Part shown: positions 38,886 to 52,883 of the stretch, piece by piece | Position numbering within the stretch: the stretch's first letter is position 1 | How the letters are laid out: the number at the start of each line of letters is the position of its first letter | Origin: a bacterium | GTDB taxonomy: Bacteria; Actinomycetota; Acidimicrobiia; Spongiisociales; ZC4RG35 | Direction of reading: 5' to 3' | DNA length: 64,000 nt | Assembly (NCBI GenBank): GCA_024638655.1 | Contig: JAHEJW010000005.1 | Coordinates: 30,155 to 94,154 of the forward strand | The notes under the pieces: generated by a model | Told to the model about the DNA's origin: nothing | What the model saw: only the letters and a program-made list of their open reading frames with translations | Database searches by the model: none | Program-made: the position numbers and the translations under genes

Positions 38886-41044
38886 TCTCCTCCTCCCGCC
38901 ACGGGTATCCGCCCGGTCACCTTCGTACCCGAGCCGTCCCCAGATCGAATTGTGACGGACCCACCCAACGCCGCTACTCGCTCAGTCATGCTGAGCATGC
39001 CAAGCCCGTCCGCCCGATCAGCTCGACGCATCCCGGGCCCATCATCGCTCACTTCGATCTCAGCTAGGGACGCGCCGATGGACACATCCACATCCACCGT
39101 CGACCCGGGTGCGTGTTTGATGCTGTTCTGAATGGCCTCGGTAGCCATGAAGTAGAGGGCTGCCTCGATCTCGGGGCTGGTGCGCCTTCCATCGTCGTGA
39201 ATGCGGATCACATTTGGGGCAAAAGGCACGGTGACTCTGAGGGCCGACCCGATACCTGACAGACTCAACTCGCTCGGAAAGAGACCTCGGACAAAACCGA
39301 TGATGGCTGATTGTGCTCCATCGACCTCGCGTAGCAAACGATCTCTCATCTCCGACTCCCTGCCCGGGGAGGCTCTGGCCAGGCCGATGGCCGCGCTCAG
39401 AGAAACAGCTCTGGCCTGCGCACCGTCGTGAAGATCCCGTTCCAGACCTCGGCTCACCTCATCGACAACCCGCCCAAGGCGGCGTCTGGAAGCAGACAGC
39501 TCGCTGGCACGGATCTCCAGCTCCTCGACACGCGCCTTAAGCGCGATGCGAAGACTCGCAGCCTCCAGATACCGGGCCCCGATCATTGCCATCTCGCGGA
39601 GAAGTCGGTTCTCATGCCGCCGCAAGCCCGCTCCCCTTTGCGTGCGGACACCCAGATAGGTTCCATCACCCATGGGGAACACGGCCGTCATGTCCGACGG
39701 CGACAGGTCGAGTCCTCCGTCTCCGCAGAAACCGGCGATGAGCTCGGACTGTCCGGGAGAAAGGCGCCATAATCCCGCACATTCGGCCGACGTGGTCCTG
39801 GACGCCGCCCGCATGAACTCGTCCATGCCCTTCTGGACATCCGTGTCAGATGCAAGGGTATGGGACAGATCGGCCAGGACACGGTGTGGTACGACCGGTC
39901 GACCGTAGATCAAGCGATCGACCAGGACGGTGAGGCGGGAGCGGGCCGGCTCGAATAGGACGGCGACGAGGCCGATCGCGGAGAGCGCCACCACTGCGCT
40001 TTCTGACCTCGTGAGGGCAGCCGCCAACCACAAGGACGCCACGTACGCCATCGCCACTATCAGGGCCAGACCGGCGAACAACACGGATCTGCGGACGACC
40101 AGATCGATGTCATAGATGCGGTAGGTGAAGATGGTCACCAGGAACGCAGCCGGAACGACGGCGAACCAGCCGAACGCGGCCGCAGGCCCCCAGAAAGCGC
40201 TGTCCCCCCCGGCTCGCTGGGCAATATCCGAGGTTGCCATCAGGACGACTGCGAGGGCCAACCCATGAGCCATCCATCGCAGCTGCAGACGTTCAACTCC
40301 ATCCGACCGGCGATACCGGATGATCACCGAGACCGTCGATGCCATCAAGAGGACCGCCCACAAACCGAGACCAGCCGTGCCGATTGCAGCACCGATGTCG
40401 ATATCCAAACCGTCGATCCGAGAGACCGCTCGACCGTCGTACCGCATCGGATGAGCGTGAAGGCCGAGCATGAGGAACGACGCGATAGCCGACATCCCCA
40501 AGACCCATCTCCACCTCGACCCGGGAAGCCGGCCGGTTGGGAACGTGATGATGAGGACAGGCCCGAGGACCACTCCGAGCGGTATGTATCCGACATCGGC
40601 GTACGTCAAAGCGATCTCCCGCATGAGGTCACCGAGCCCCCCGTTGCGCACCTCGAGATCCGCCAAGGCTCGCGCCAGTCCAAAAAGCCCGAGAAACCAT
40701 GCCAATGACATGAGATGAGCGCCGAAGCGGTTGCCCGATCGAGAGATGACCAGCGCAGCAAGAAGACCCACGCCGACCCCCAGAACGACCCACGCGAGTC
40801 CGGACGGCTCCCGTCCTTCCAGGGCGACGACTGAGGGCACACGCTCGGCGATCTCATCCAGACCGATACCCGGGTCGATTCTGAGAATCGCATTCGCCTG
40901 GGCGATGTCTTGCCTCGCGCTGGCCGGGTCGAATACCTCTTGTGAGATCACGGGAACCGGCGAATTCGGAGTGGATACGAATACAACGACGGCAGCCAGC
41001 GCAATCGCCACCACACCTGCGAAGACACGCCACGGCGACTGCAT
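38882..41044 (-). CDS. Multi-TM HisKA_3 sensor histidine kinase
   Basis: TFPTGRLPGSRWRW, LERDLHDGAQ, EAIQNSIKHA, DDGPG, GLGM; CATGAT 6 nt before ATG41044. Confidence 0.9.
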   Translation of the reverse strand: MQSPWRVFAGVVAIALAAVVVFVSTPNSPVPVISQEVFDPASARQDIAQANAILRIDPGIGLDEIAERVPSVVALEGREPSGLAWVVLGVGVGLLAALVISRSGNRFGAHLMSLAWFLGLFGLARALADLEVRNGGLGDLMREIALTYADVGYIPLGVVLGPVLIITFPTGRLPGSRWRWVLGMSAIASFLMLGLHAHPMRYDGRAVSRIDGLDIDIGAAIGTAGLGLWAVLLMASTVSVIIRYRRSDGVERLQLRWMAHGLALAVVLMATSDIAQRAGGDSAFWGPAAAFGWFAVVPAAFLVTIFTYRIYDIDLVVRRSVLFAGLALIVAMAYVASLWLAAALTRSESAVVALSAIGLVAVLFEPARSRLTVLVDRLIYGRPVVPHRVLADLSHTLASDTDVQKGMDEFMRAASRTTSAECAGLWRLSPGQSELIAGFCGDGGLDLSPSDMTAVFPMGDGTYLGVRTQRGAGLRRHENRLLREMAMIGARYLEAASLRIALKARVEELEIRASELSASRRRLGRVVDEVSRGLERDLHDGAQARAVSLSAAIGLARASPGRESEMRDRLLREVDGAQSAIIGFVRGLFPSELSLSGIGSALRVTVPFAPNVIRIHDDGRRTSPEIEAALYFMATEAIQNSIKHAPGSTVDVDVSIGASLAEIEVSDDGPGMRRADRADGLGMLSMTERVAALGGSVTIRSGDGSGTKVTGRIPVAGGGE

Positions 41045-41102
41045 CGATGCATCATGCCAAGGTGGCCGGTCGGATGACACCGTATCGGCTCGTCCGAATC
41101 AC

Positions 41103-41118
41103 TTGGTGCCAGCACCAA
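41103..41118. promoter_or_regulatory. 7-2-7 inverted repeat, candidate NarL-family operator
   Basis: TTGGTGC-CA-GCACCAA in the divergent intergenic region; related half-sites at 41131 and 41169; TACGTT at 41165. Confidence 0.55.
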
Positions 41119-41196
41119 AGCGAGGTCTGGTGGGTGCCTTCTTCCCCGATCAGGGCTCGATCCTTACGTTGGTGCCACGTCCAGCGAGGAGCCTGC

Positions 41197-42108
41197 ATGA
41201 GCACCGCCGTAGTCACCGAGTCTCGACCGACAAGGAGAGAGCAATTCAGATTGCGACGCTTCGCGTGGTTGCTGGCCGGGCTCATCCCTGCGCTTGGATT
41301 GCTCCTCGTCGCCCTGGAGTCCGACCTCGGCTCGGCGTCGGTTCCCGACTACATCATCGACCGGGATGCATCCGTGGAGATCGACGAGTACGCCTCGGCG
41401 CAGGATGTCGCAGGATCCTCTGTGAGTTTCGACATAGCAGCAGTCGAGGAACTCCAGCGTAGGAGTGTCAATCCTTGTCCGGCCGCTGGCGAATCGCCCC
41501 AGGTGCCGCGGGACCTGGCGTCATCGACACCAATGACCTGTCGGCCCTACGACGACCACGGTGGCATCGCGTATGTTGTTGCCGCAACCGCGTTTGGTCT
41601 CATTGGCGCGGGGATTTTCCTGAAGAGGGGCAACAACCTGGGGTTACTCCTCCTCCTGGCAGCTCTGACCGACGTCGCAGGCGGCCTGACCAGCGCGTAT
41701 GCCCTCAAAGGGTTGAGCATCAAACCCGGGTCGTTGCCTGCTGCTCACGTCGCAGGAGCACTTGGTGCGATCGCCTGGGTGGTGCTGCTGGTGTTGATAG
41801 TCCCCGGCTTCACGATGAGGATTCCCTCGGGCCGGATGAGGTCAGACCGCTGGCGGTGGCTCGAGCGGTTCACCTTTGTTGCGGCAAGTCTCCTGATCGT
41901 GACGCAGTGGCTTCATCCTTTCCTGTTCGGACCGGTGGCCAACCCGCTGAGACTTCAATGGTCGATCGAGACCGCCAACACCCTCTTCGACGTTGGGATT
42001 CAGATGTGGATGGCCTCCCTTGCGATCGCCGTCATCGCTCCGTTGATGAACGCATGGGATTGGACGTCCAACAAGCTCCGTGCACGGGCCGAATACCCGG
42101 CCTCGTGA
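41197..42108 (+). CDS. Membrane protein resembling a stand-alone kinase sensor TM domain
   Basis: GAGGAG site before ATG; RGNNLG and RIPSGRMRSDRWRW resemble SGNRFG and TFPTGRLPGSRWRW of the kinase. Confidence 0.7.
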   Translation: MSTAVVTESRPTRREQFRLRRFAWLLAGLIPALGLLLVALESDLGSASVPDYIIDRDASVEIDEYASAQDVAGSSVSFDIAAVEELQRRSVNPCPAAGESPQVPRDLASSTPMTCRPYDDHGGIAYVVAATAFGLIGAGIFLKRGNNLGLLLLLAALTDVAGGLTSAYALKGLSIKPGSLPAAHVAGALGAIAWVVLLVLIVPGFTMRIPSGRMRSDRWRWLERFTFVAASLLIVTQWLHPFLFGPVANPLRLQWSIETANTLFDVGIQMWMASLAIAVIAPLMNAWDWTSNKLRARAEYPAS

Positions 42109-42404
42109 GAGGTCACGCCGCATTCCTGGCAATGACCCTCTCGATTGTTTGTATCGCCTCGTGCGACAGCACGATGGCGACGGGCACCGAGCCGCCGCCG
42201 CCGGCGACCGCCGAAGAGGTCGAGATCTTTTGCGAGCGATACGCCGACGTTCGTGACCAGAGTCGTCATGAGGTCATGTACGAGCTCCTCGATGTGGCGC
42301 CTGACGAGATCATCGGAGCCGTGAAGAGAGCTTCGGAGCGCAACGGCTCGTTCGAGGATGATGTGGCGATCGACGCCTTCATCGACAGATGTGGGGGCCC
42401 CTAG
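42105..42404 (+). CDS. Small putative lipoprotein
   Basis: GTGA overlap with upstream gene; IASC lipobox, Pro linker, FC...RC cysteine pair. Confidence 0.6.
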   Translation: MRGHAAFLAMTLSIVCIASCDSTMATGTEPPPPATAEEVEIFCERYADVRDQSRHEVMYELLDVAPDEIIGAVKRASERNGSFEDDVAIDAFIDRCGGP

Positions 42405-43999
42405 GCCAGTGCTACCAGATCGAGCAGCTTCTCGTCGAAGAACCGCATCTCCCCGTCCGGCATCAGGACAGCGCGGTCCGGCATCAGTAGAGCCACGAAG
42501 TCGGTGTCGTGACTCACCATCACGATGGTCCCCTCGTAGATGGAAAGCGCGTCGAGCAACGCCTCTTTGGCCTGCGGGTCGAGGTTGTTGGTCGGCTCGT
42601 CGAGCAGCAGCACGTTGGGACGTGACGCCACCAGCATCACCAAGGCAAGCTTGGTCTTCTCGCCACCGGACAGCGTCGCAGCGTCCTGATCGACCTTGTC
42701 GGCCAGCAGGAAATGGCCGAGCATCGTCCTGATGGTCTGGTCGGGCAGACGCGCCGTCTGACGCATGTGATCGAAGACGGTCACCCCTGACCTGATCTGC
42801 TCGTGCTCCTGGGCGTAGTACCCGAGTGTTGCGTTGTGACCCAGGGACACTTCACCCAGGTCGGCGGTCTCCTCCCCTGCGAGAATGCGAAGCAAGGTGG
42901 TCTTGCCCGCCCCGTTGAGACCGATCAGCAACATCCGCTCACCACGTTCGACGGCGAACTCGACGTCGACAAAGACAACGTTGTCGCCAAATGCCTTGGC
43001 CAAACCGGTTGCGGCCAGGGGAACCCTTCCCGACGGTTCGGGCTGGGGGAAAGCAACTTTCACCTTCTTGCCGCTCTTCTGGATTTCCACCAGCTCCCGT
43101 CTCATCCGGTCGACACGAGTCTCCATGGCACGAGCCACCTTGGCCATCTTCTCTGTCGTGCCCTTGAACCGTCGGATGTTCTCCTCCAACCGGGCGATGG
43201 TCTGGTCTTGATGCCGCCGCTCACGCGCGCGATGCTCGCGTCTTCGATCCTTCTCAACGAGGTAATTCGAGTAGTTACCCCGGTATGCCTCGATTTCGCC
43301 GTGCTCCAAGGCGAGTACCGAGGTGATTGCCTCATCGAGCAAGGGCAGATCATGAGAGATGACGAGCATTCCCCCCCCGTACGTGCTCAGATACTCGATG
43401 AGCCAAGCCTTGGCATCGAGGTCGAGGTGGTTGGTTGGCTCGTCCAGGAGAAGCACATCGGTCTCAGCGAACAAGATCCGGGCGAGCTCGACCCGTCTCC
43501 GCTGGCCACCCGACATCGTGGCCACGGGCTGGGTCAGCTCGGTGTTGCCGATCCCGACATTGGCCGCGATTCGCTTCGCCTCGGCCTCGGCGATAAACCC
43601 GCCCTTGGCCTCGAACTCGTCATGGAGGCGGGAGAAGCGGCGGATACCCCGATCACGGGCCTCACCGGTCAGGCTCTCCAGCCGATGACGGGCCTCTTCG
43701 ATCCTCCGCTGCATCGCGCCGATCTCCCTTGCCATGAGGATCCTCTCCAGTGCGGTTGCGTCGGCATGCTCGAGATCCGGCAGGGCGGCTTCTTGTGAGA
43801 AGTAGCCAATCCGACCCGAGCGGAGGACCGTTCCCTCCAGCGGCTGGCCCGTGCCGTTGAGCACCTTCATCAGACTGGTCTTGCCCGCCCCGTTACGTCC
43901 CACGAGGCCGATCCGGTCACCTGATTGCACGCTGAAAGAGGCACCATCGAGCAGCGTCTTGGTGCCCACTTCGATGCGGAGGTCGCGTGCGATCAGCAT
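42401..43999 (-). CDS. ABC-F family ATPase
   Basis: Two NBDs (GRNGAGKT, GLNGAGKT; LLLDEPTNHLD, LLLDEPTNNLD), YRGNYS linker, no TM. Confidence 0.93.
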   Translation of the reverse strand: MLIARDLRIEVGTKTLLDGASFSVQSGDRIGLVGRNGAGKTSLMKVLNGTGQPLEGTVLRSGRIGYFSQEAALPDLEHADATALERILMAREIGAMQRRIEEARHRLESLTGEARDRGIRRFSRLHDEFEAKGGFIAEAEAKRIAANVGIGNTELTQPVATMSGGQRRRVELARILFAETDVLLLDEPTNHLDLDAKAWLIEYLSTYGGGMLVISHDLPLLDEAITSVLALEHGEIEAYRGNYSNYLVEKDRRREHRARERRHQDQTIARLEENIRRFKGTTEKMAKVARAMETRVDRMRRELVEIQKSGKKVKVAFPQPEPSGRVPLAATGLAKAFGDNVVFVDVEFAVERGERMLLIGLNGAGKTTLLRILAGEETADLGEVSLGHNATLGYYAQEHEQIRSGVTVFDHMRQTARLPDQTIRTMLGHFLLADKVDQDAATLSGGEKTKLALVMLVASRPNVLLLDEPTNNLDPQAKEALLDALSIYEGTIVMVSHDTDFVALLMPDRAVLMPDGEMRFFDEKLLDLVALA

Positions 44000-44106
44000 G
44001 ATGCGGAGGGCGATCAGAATACGGCCGTCTCCTTGTCTCGGCGAGGTGATTGATCAGGATCGTCGGGGCCAAGGCAACTTCGCCTCGAATTCGTTATGTT
44101 GCCCCG

Positions 44107-44541
44107 GTGCCACGAGACGAGTTCAGCCACACGTCCACTGCTGCGGCCAGGCCCGATGAGGTGTTCGCTGTCCTCGACGAGCCGAAAACCTGGGAGGAGA
44201 TCGGAGGGGTCGATCGGGTCACCGACCCCGTCGTCGATGACGAAGGAAGGCTGCAGGGATTCGCATTCGAGGTTCGAGCCGCCGGCAAGGCCTATATGGG
44301 ATTCGCCACCCCTCTCCAGCGCATCGAAGGTGAGCTGATGGCCTGGAACGTCGACACCACCGAGATCAGGGGCACGACCAGCGTCGCTCTCCGTCCCGCA
44401 GATTCCGGCACAGACGTGACGGTTACGTTGGAGGTGGAGAGCAAGGGCCTTCTCTCTGCCATGTTCTTCCCCGTGATCGCGTCGGTCATAGGCAGCGGCC
44501 TGCCCAGGTCGGTCGATGAGTTTGCCGCCCGGTTCGGATGA
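44107..44541 (+). CDS. SRPBCC/CoxG-like protein
   Basis: DEVFAVLDEPKTW pattern and C-terminal helix; TATGTT 6 nt before GTG44107. Confidence 0.7.
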   Translation: MPRDEFSHTSTAAARPDEVFAVLDEPKTWEEIGGVDRVTDPVVDDEGRLQGFAFEVRAAGKAYMGFATPLQRIEGELMAWNVDTTEIRGTTSVALRPADSGTDVTVTLEVESKGLLSAMFFPVIASVIGSGLPRSVDEFAARFG

Positions 44542-45707
44542 ACAGAGTCCTGATCGTCGGTGGTGCGGTGATGGGTTGGTCCACCGCTCAGCACCTGCTC
44601 TCGCTCGATGACAGCCTCGACGTGGTGGTGGTGGAGAAGGACCCATCACTGGCACGATCGTCAACGATGCTGTGCGAGGGCAATGTCCGCATCCAGTTCA
44701 ACCTCGAGGAGAACATCCTCATCTCGAAGTACGCCATGGAGTGCCTCGAGGAGTTTCCCAAGTCCATGGCCACCGGCGAGTTCGTCCCCGACCCTCAGGT
44801 GAGAAAGCAGGGCAACCTCTTCCTGGTCAGCGAACCGGGGAAGACCGACGCCCTCGCAGGCCTCGCCAATCAACAGCGCCTCGGGTGTGAGTCCGAGTGG
44901 CTCGACATGGACGTGATCTCGGAGCGCTACCCCGCCCTGGCATCGGAGAGCCTGATCGGAGGTACGTTCGGACCGGAAGACGGCTCGGTCGATCCCAGTG
45001 CCGTGGTCCAGGGATATCGGCGCAGAGCTCTGGCCAACGGGGCTCGCCCGATCGAAGGCACGGTCGGCTCGATCATCACCTCGGGCGACAGGGTCAGCGG
45101 CGTCACCCTCACCGACGGGGAGACCCTGGAGGGAGATGTCGTCGTCGTGTGCGCCGGTGCCTGGTCAACTGAGCTCCTCGCCACCGCAGACGTATACATT
45201 CCCGTCGAACCGGTGATGAGGACCGTGTACGTGGTTGCTGGCGAAGTAGAAGACGGAGACCGGCTCCCCAGCACATTCTTGCCGTCTGGTGTCTACGTGA
45301 TACCTGAGAAAGAAGGCACCTTCGCCATGGCGTGGTCGACCGAGTTCGATCCCGTCGGGTTCGACTTCACGCCGGCTTCCCGGTCGCGTTTCTACGACGT
45401 CATATGGCCCGAGCTGGCTGCAAACCTGCCGGCGTTCGACCGGCTCGAGGTCATGGGGTCTTGGGCCGGGTTGTACGCCCAAAACCGTCTCGACGCCAAC
45501 GCGATCATCGGAGAGTGGCCCGGGATCGATGGGTTGATGCAGGCCACCGGGTTCAGCGGACACGGGTTCCAGCAGTGTCACGCCGTTGGGCGTCACCTGG
45601 CGGAACTGATCCTCGAGCGGCCGACGTCGCTGGATCTGAGCCGACTCGGCCCCGAACGCATCGTCGCAGGCGAGCCATTGTATGAGCACGCCGGACGTCT
45701 CATCTGA
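44538..45707 (+). CDS. FAD-dependent oxidoreductase (DAO/sarcosine oxidase beta-like)
   Basis: VLIVGGAVMG, VVCAGAW, SWAGLY, ATGFSGHGFQ. Confidence 0.88.
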   Translation: MNRVLIVGGAVMGWSTAQHLLSLDDSLDVVVVEKDPSLARSSTMLCEGNVRIQFNLEENILISKYAMECLEEFPKSMATGEFVPDPQVRKQGNLFLVSEPGKTDALAGLANQQRLGCESEWLDMDVISERYPALASESLIGGTFGPEDGSVDPSAVVQGYRRRALANGARPIEGTVGSIITSGDRVSGVTLTDGETLEGDVVVVCAGAWSTELLATADVYIPVEPVMRTVYVVAGEVEDGDRLPSTFLPSGVYVIPEKEGTFAMAWSTEFDPVGFDFTPASRSRFYDVIWPELAANLPAFDRLEVMGSWAGLYAQNRLDANAIIGEWPGIDGLMQATGFSGHGFQQCHAVGRHLAELILERPTSLDLSRLGPERIVAGEPLYEHAGRLI

Positions 45708-45752
45708 CGGGCGGGAGCGCCACCGCAATCATGCCCCCGGGAAATGCCTTAG

Positions 45753-46085
45753 CTATTCGTCGTCGTCTTCCTCGGCTTCCTCTGCCAGGGCCTGAGCTGC
45801 CTCCTTGGCGGCCGCGTGGTCTTCGGTGATCTGAGCACGGTCGGTGATCAGGGTCACCTGATTGTCGAGCACCTGGATGAACCCCCCGTAGACCCCGATA
45901 GTGGTCCGTTCCCCCGACTCCGCCTCGATCACAACCGGGCCGGTTGCCAGAGCTCCCATGAGCGGCTCATGGTCGGCCATGACTCCAAGCTCGCCCTCAG
46001 GTGTCCTGGCGATGACGATCGTCGCCAGGCCGGACCACACGGTGGCTTCGGGTGAGACCACGTCGACCTGAAAGGCCTTAGCCAA
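45753..46085 (-). CDS. atpC: ATP synthase epsilon subunit
   Basis: VDVVSPE, GELGVMADHEP; last gene of the atp operon. Confidence 0.93.
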   Translation of the reverse strand: MAKAFQVDVVSPEATVWSGLATIVIARTPEGELGVMADHEPLMGALATGPVVIEAESGERTTIGVYGGFIQVLDNQVTLITDRAQITEDHAAAKEAAQALAEEAEEDDDE

Positions 46086-46100
46086 CGGAGCTCTCCCAGA

Positions 46101-47540
<1,440 letters not shown>

Positions 47541-47579
47541 TCAGGGGTTGTTTCGCTTCGGTCTTTGCGGGCGGGGTCA

Positions 47580-48458
47580 TCACGACTCCGCCAGAGCTTC
47601 GGCACCACCGACGATCTCGGTGATGGCCGTAGTGATCTCGGCCTGACGGGCTCGGTTGGCCCGAACTGTCAGGTTGTTGATGAGCTCCTCTGCGTTGTCG
47701 GTCGCCGCCTTCATGGCTCGTCTGCGAGCACTGTGCTCGGACGCCGAGGCTTCGAGAAGCATGCTGAAAATGACCGCTTCGACATAACGGGGAAGAAGGC
47801 GATCGAGGATCTCGTTCGGTGACGGCTCGAACTCGTAGGACACCGCTCCCTTGTCCTCGCTCTCCGATGCCCCGGGAGGTGTGATTGGGAGCAGTTCGAT
47901 TCGGGCCGGCGTCTGTGTCAGGGCCGACTCGAATCGAGTGAAGAACCCTTCTACGGCGTCCACCCTCTTGCGGGCATAGGCCTCCATGATCGTGTTGGCG
48001 ATGGCACGGGCGTTTCCATAGCCAGGAGTGTCTGTGACTCCGAGATACGCCTGCTCGATGCGATATCCCCGATAGCGAAAGTATGACTGAGCCTTCTTGC
48101 CGACCGCGTAGATGAGAACGTCTTTGCCTTCTCGATCTAATTCACGGATCCTGAATTCGGCCAGACGGATGATGTTGGAGGCATATGCACCCGCCAGCCC
48201 CCTATCACTCGAGACGATGAGCAGGCCAACCGTCTTGGGGTCCCTGCGTTCGAGCAGCGTGTGCCCACCGGCGCCGGCCGCGCTCACATTCTCGATGACC
48301 TCGATGAGCTTCGACGTGTATGGCTTGGAGTTGAGCACTCTCCCCCTGGCCTTGGGTACACGGCTGGCCGCGATCAGCTCCATGGCGCGAGTGATCTTCT
48401 TCGTCGCTTCGATGCTCTTGATGCGACGTCGTGTGTCCCGAAGCTGGGCCGATGCCAT
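47580..48458 (-). CDS. atpG: ATP synthase gamma subunit
   Basis: KKITRAMELIAASR, SDRGLAG, NRARQAEIT. Confidence 0.97.
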   Translation of the reverse strand: MASAQLRDTRRRIKSIEATKKITRAMELIAASRVPKARGRVLNSKPYTSKLIEVIENVSAAGAGGHTLLERRDPKTVGLLIVSSDRGLAGAYASNIIRLAEFRIRELDREGKDVLIYAVGKKAQSYFRYRGYRIEQAYLGVTDTPGYGNARAIANTIMEAYARKRVDAVEGFFTRFESALTQTPARIELLPITPPGASESEDKGAVSYEFEPSPNEILDRLLPRYVEAVIFSMLLEASASEHSARRRAMKAATDNAEELINNLTVRANRARQAEITTAITEIVGGAEALAES

Positions 48459-48466
48459 CTAGTGAA

Positions 48467-50008
<1,542 letters not shown>

Positions 50009-50021
50009 GGTTGGTTCCTAG

Positions 50022-50555
50022 CTAGTTGGGCTTGATCTTCTGGCGCAAAGACTCGACTTTGCGTGCAATGGAGCCGTCGATGACCACGTCTCCCACCCGG
50101 GCGACGAGACCGCCGATAACGGATGGATCGACGATCACTTTGGCCTCGACGCTCTTGCCGGTGGCCCGGCCGAGTGCGGAAGTGATCTTTTCGATGGTTT
50201 CGTCGTCCAGGGCAACAGCCGAGCGGATTTCGGCCACAGCCCGGTCTCTCGAGGCCGCTGCGGTCTCTACGAATTGTCTTGCGATGGCTGGAAGGTCGGA
50301 AGCACGGCCCTGGCCCACTATGAACTGGATCAGGCCCACGGTGAGGGATGAGGCCCTCCCGCCCACAAGATCGTCGACAATCGCATGTTTTCTCTCGATG
50401 GGAAGTTGCGGGTCGGTCAGAGCAGACCGCAGCTCGGTCGAGCTCTCCATCGCCTGCGCGATGTTGAACAGCTCGCTCTCGACACGCTCCAGCTGGCCCT
50501 CGGCTCGAGCAAGCTCGAAGACTCCGCTGGCGTAACCGGTAACCCGATCTTCCAC
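50022..50555 (-). CDS. atpH: ATP synthase delta subunit
   Basis: VDPSVIGGLVARVGDVVIDGS. Confidence 0.94.
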   Translation of the reverse strand: MEDRVTGYASGVFELARAEGQLERVESELFNIAQAMESSTELRSALTDPQLPIERKHAIVDDLVGGRASSLTVGLIQFIVGQGRASDLPAIARQFVETAAASRDRAVAEIRSAVALDDETIEKITSALGRATGKSVEAKVIVDPSVIGGLVARVGDVVIDGSIARKVESLRQKIKPN

Positions 50556-50558
50556 GCC

Positions 50559-51421
<863 letters not shown>

Positions 51422-51428
51422 TCATTTG

Positions 51429-52238
51429 TCAGTGCTCGGGGTGAACCGAGGTCTGGATGTACACGGCGGACAGCAAGGTGAAGATGTATGCCTGGAGGAC
51501 GGCGACCATGATCTCGAAGAGGAAGATCCCGAGGCCGAGAGCGAACCAGGCGAAACCGAAAGAGCCCTTCAGCGGGATCTCGCCGATGTTGACCACGAAG
51601 ATGAAACCGGTGACCAGGAGCAATGAGAGCATCACGTGACCGGCGACCATGTTGGCGAAGAGCCGGACAGCAAGGGAGAACGGTCGAATCGCGAAGTACG
51701 AGACGAACTCGATGATGCCGACCAGTGGGCGCATCGCCACCGGCACACTCCGGGGCCAGACGATGTCTGCCAGGTACCGGAACCCATTCTTGGCGAAGCC
51801 GACGATGACAAAGATGAGATACGTGACAATGGCCAAAAAGGCAGGAATCGCCATGCGCGAGGTGATCGGGAAGTTGATCAGCGGTGTGACCTCGAACAGA
51901 TTGCCCACCAGGATGAACAGGAAGATCGATAGCAGGTAGGGGAAGTACTTGACACCCTCGGGGCCGATGATGCCGATCGCGACTTCATCTCTGACGAACC
52001 CTGTCACCGAATCCATCATCGCCTGAAACTTGGTCGGCACAGGTTGTCGATTCCGGTACCCGAAGTAGAGCAGAGCGATGACGATTAGGGCTGCGAGGCC
52101 GATGAGGAAGATCGTTCGCGTAATGGGTGTGCCCCACAGGGTGTCGGTGAACACGAAGAGCTCGGCGACATCGCCCGGTGCACACACTGGCTCGTTCACG
52201 AAGTCACACTCTTCGACCGCGAGGATCAACGGCTCCAA
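51429..52238 (-). CDS. atpB: ATP synthase a subunit
   Basis: RPFSLAVRLFANMVAGH, LQAYIF; TTG52238 with AGGA site. Confidence 0.95.
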   Translation of the reverse strand: MEPLILAVEECDFVNEPVCAPGDVAELFVFTDTLWGTPITRTIFLIGLAALIVIALLYFGYRNRQPVPTKFQAMMDSVTGFVRDEVAIGIIGPEGVKYFPYLLSIFLFILVGNLFEVTPLINFPITSRMAIPAFLAIVTYLIFVIVGFAKNGFRYLADIVWPRSVPVAMRPLVGIIEFVSYFAIRPFSLAVRLFANMVAGHVMLSLLLVTGFIFVVNIGEIPLKGSFGFAWFALGLGIFLFEIMVAVLQAYIFTLLSAVYIQTSVHPEH

Positions 52239-52654
52239 TCCAGATTCCTTTCTCGTCCTTTGGACACGGCAACGGCTTCCCAGGCCAGTAGTACCAGATA
52301 GGCCACCACTGCTGATATCCCGAAGGCAGGGCGGTCGATGGGCACGAACTGCGCGATCAGCAGAACCGTCAGCACCAACAAGCCCAGCCGCAGGAAGAAG
52401 CCGAACAAGGCGGCGGCATGATAAACAGCGAGACTGATCTTGGCCGAAATCGAGAGGATGGCGCCGGCCAGCAGGAAGTTGGCGACGACTACAGCGACAC
52501 CCAGCGCCGAGCTCCACGCACCCTCCCATCCGGACAGGAAAGCGAAGAGAACGATCAGGGCCGGACCGACATAGACCGCCCGCGCCACGGTGTGGCGAGC
52601 GATGACGGTCTCGACGGCGATCGTCTCTTCCTCAGTCACCATCGGTGCGCTCAT
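52226..52654 (-). CDS. atpI: ATP synthase protein I
   Basis: Four TM segments; immediately upstream of atpB. Confidence 0.75.
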   Translation of the reverse strand: MSAPMVTEEETIAVETVIARHTVARAVYVGPALIVLFAFLSGWEGAWSSALGVAVVVANFLLAGAILSISAKISLAVYHAAALFGFFLRLGLLVLTVLLIAQFVPIDRPAFGISAVVAYLVLLAWEAVAVSKGRERNLDWSR

Positions 52655-52868
52655 CCATCTTCTTCATGTAGCCCCACATCTTCACAAACCCGGCGTAGGA
52701 GCCGAGGACGACCCCGGCGACCACGAGCCAAGGGTCGGTGCCAAGCCACTTGTCGGCGAAATAGCCGAGAAACGTCCCAGCCAGTATCGAGCTGAGGAAT
52801 GACCCGCCATGCATCCAGCCGTCGTTGATCGCAGAATGCACCTGTTTGTTTGCGGAGTCTTGTTTCAC
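52632..52868 (-). CDS. AtpZ/AtpI family two-TM protein
   Basis: GYFADKWLGTDPW motif; first gene of the atp operon. Confidence 0.8.
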   Translation of the reverse strand: MKQDSANKQVHSAINDGWMHGGSFLSSILAGTFLGYFADKWLGTDPWLVVAGVVLGSYAGFVKMWGYMKKMDERTDGD

Positions 52869-52883
52869 TTGGAGCCCGGTACC

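Noticed and set aside
42401..43999. ABC-F as an antibiotic resistance gene
   Set aside because: Subfamily cannot be assigned by eye; most ABC-F proteins are housekeeping translation factors.
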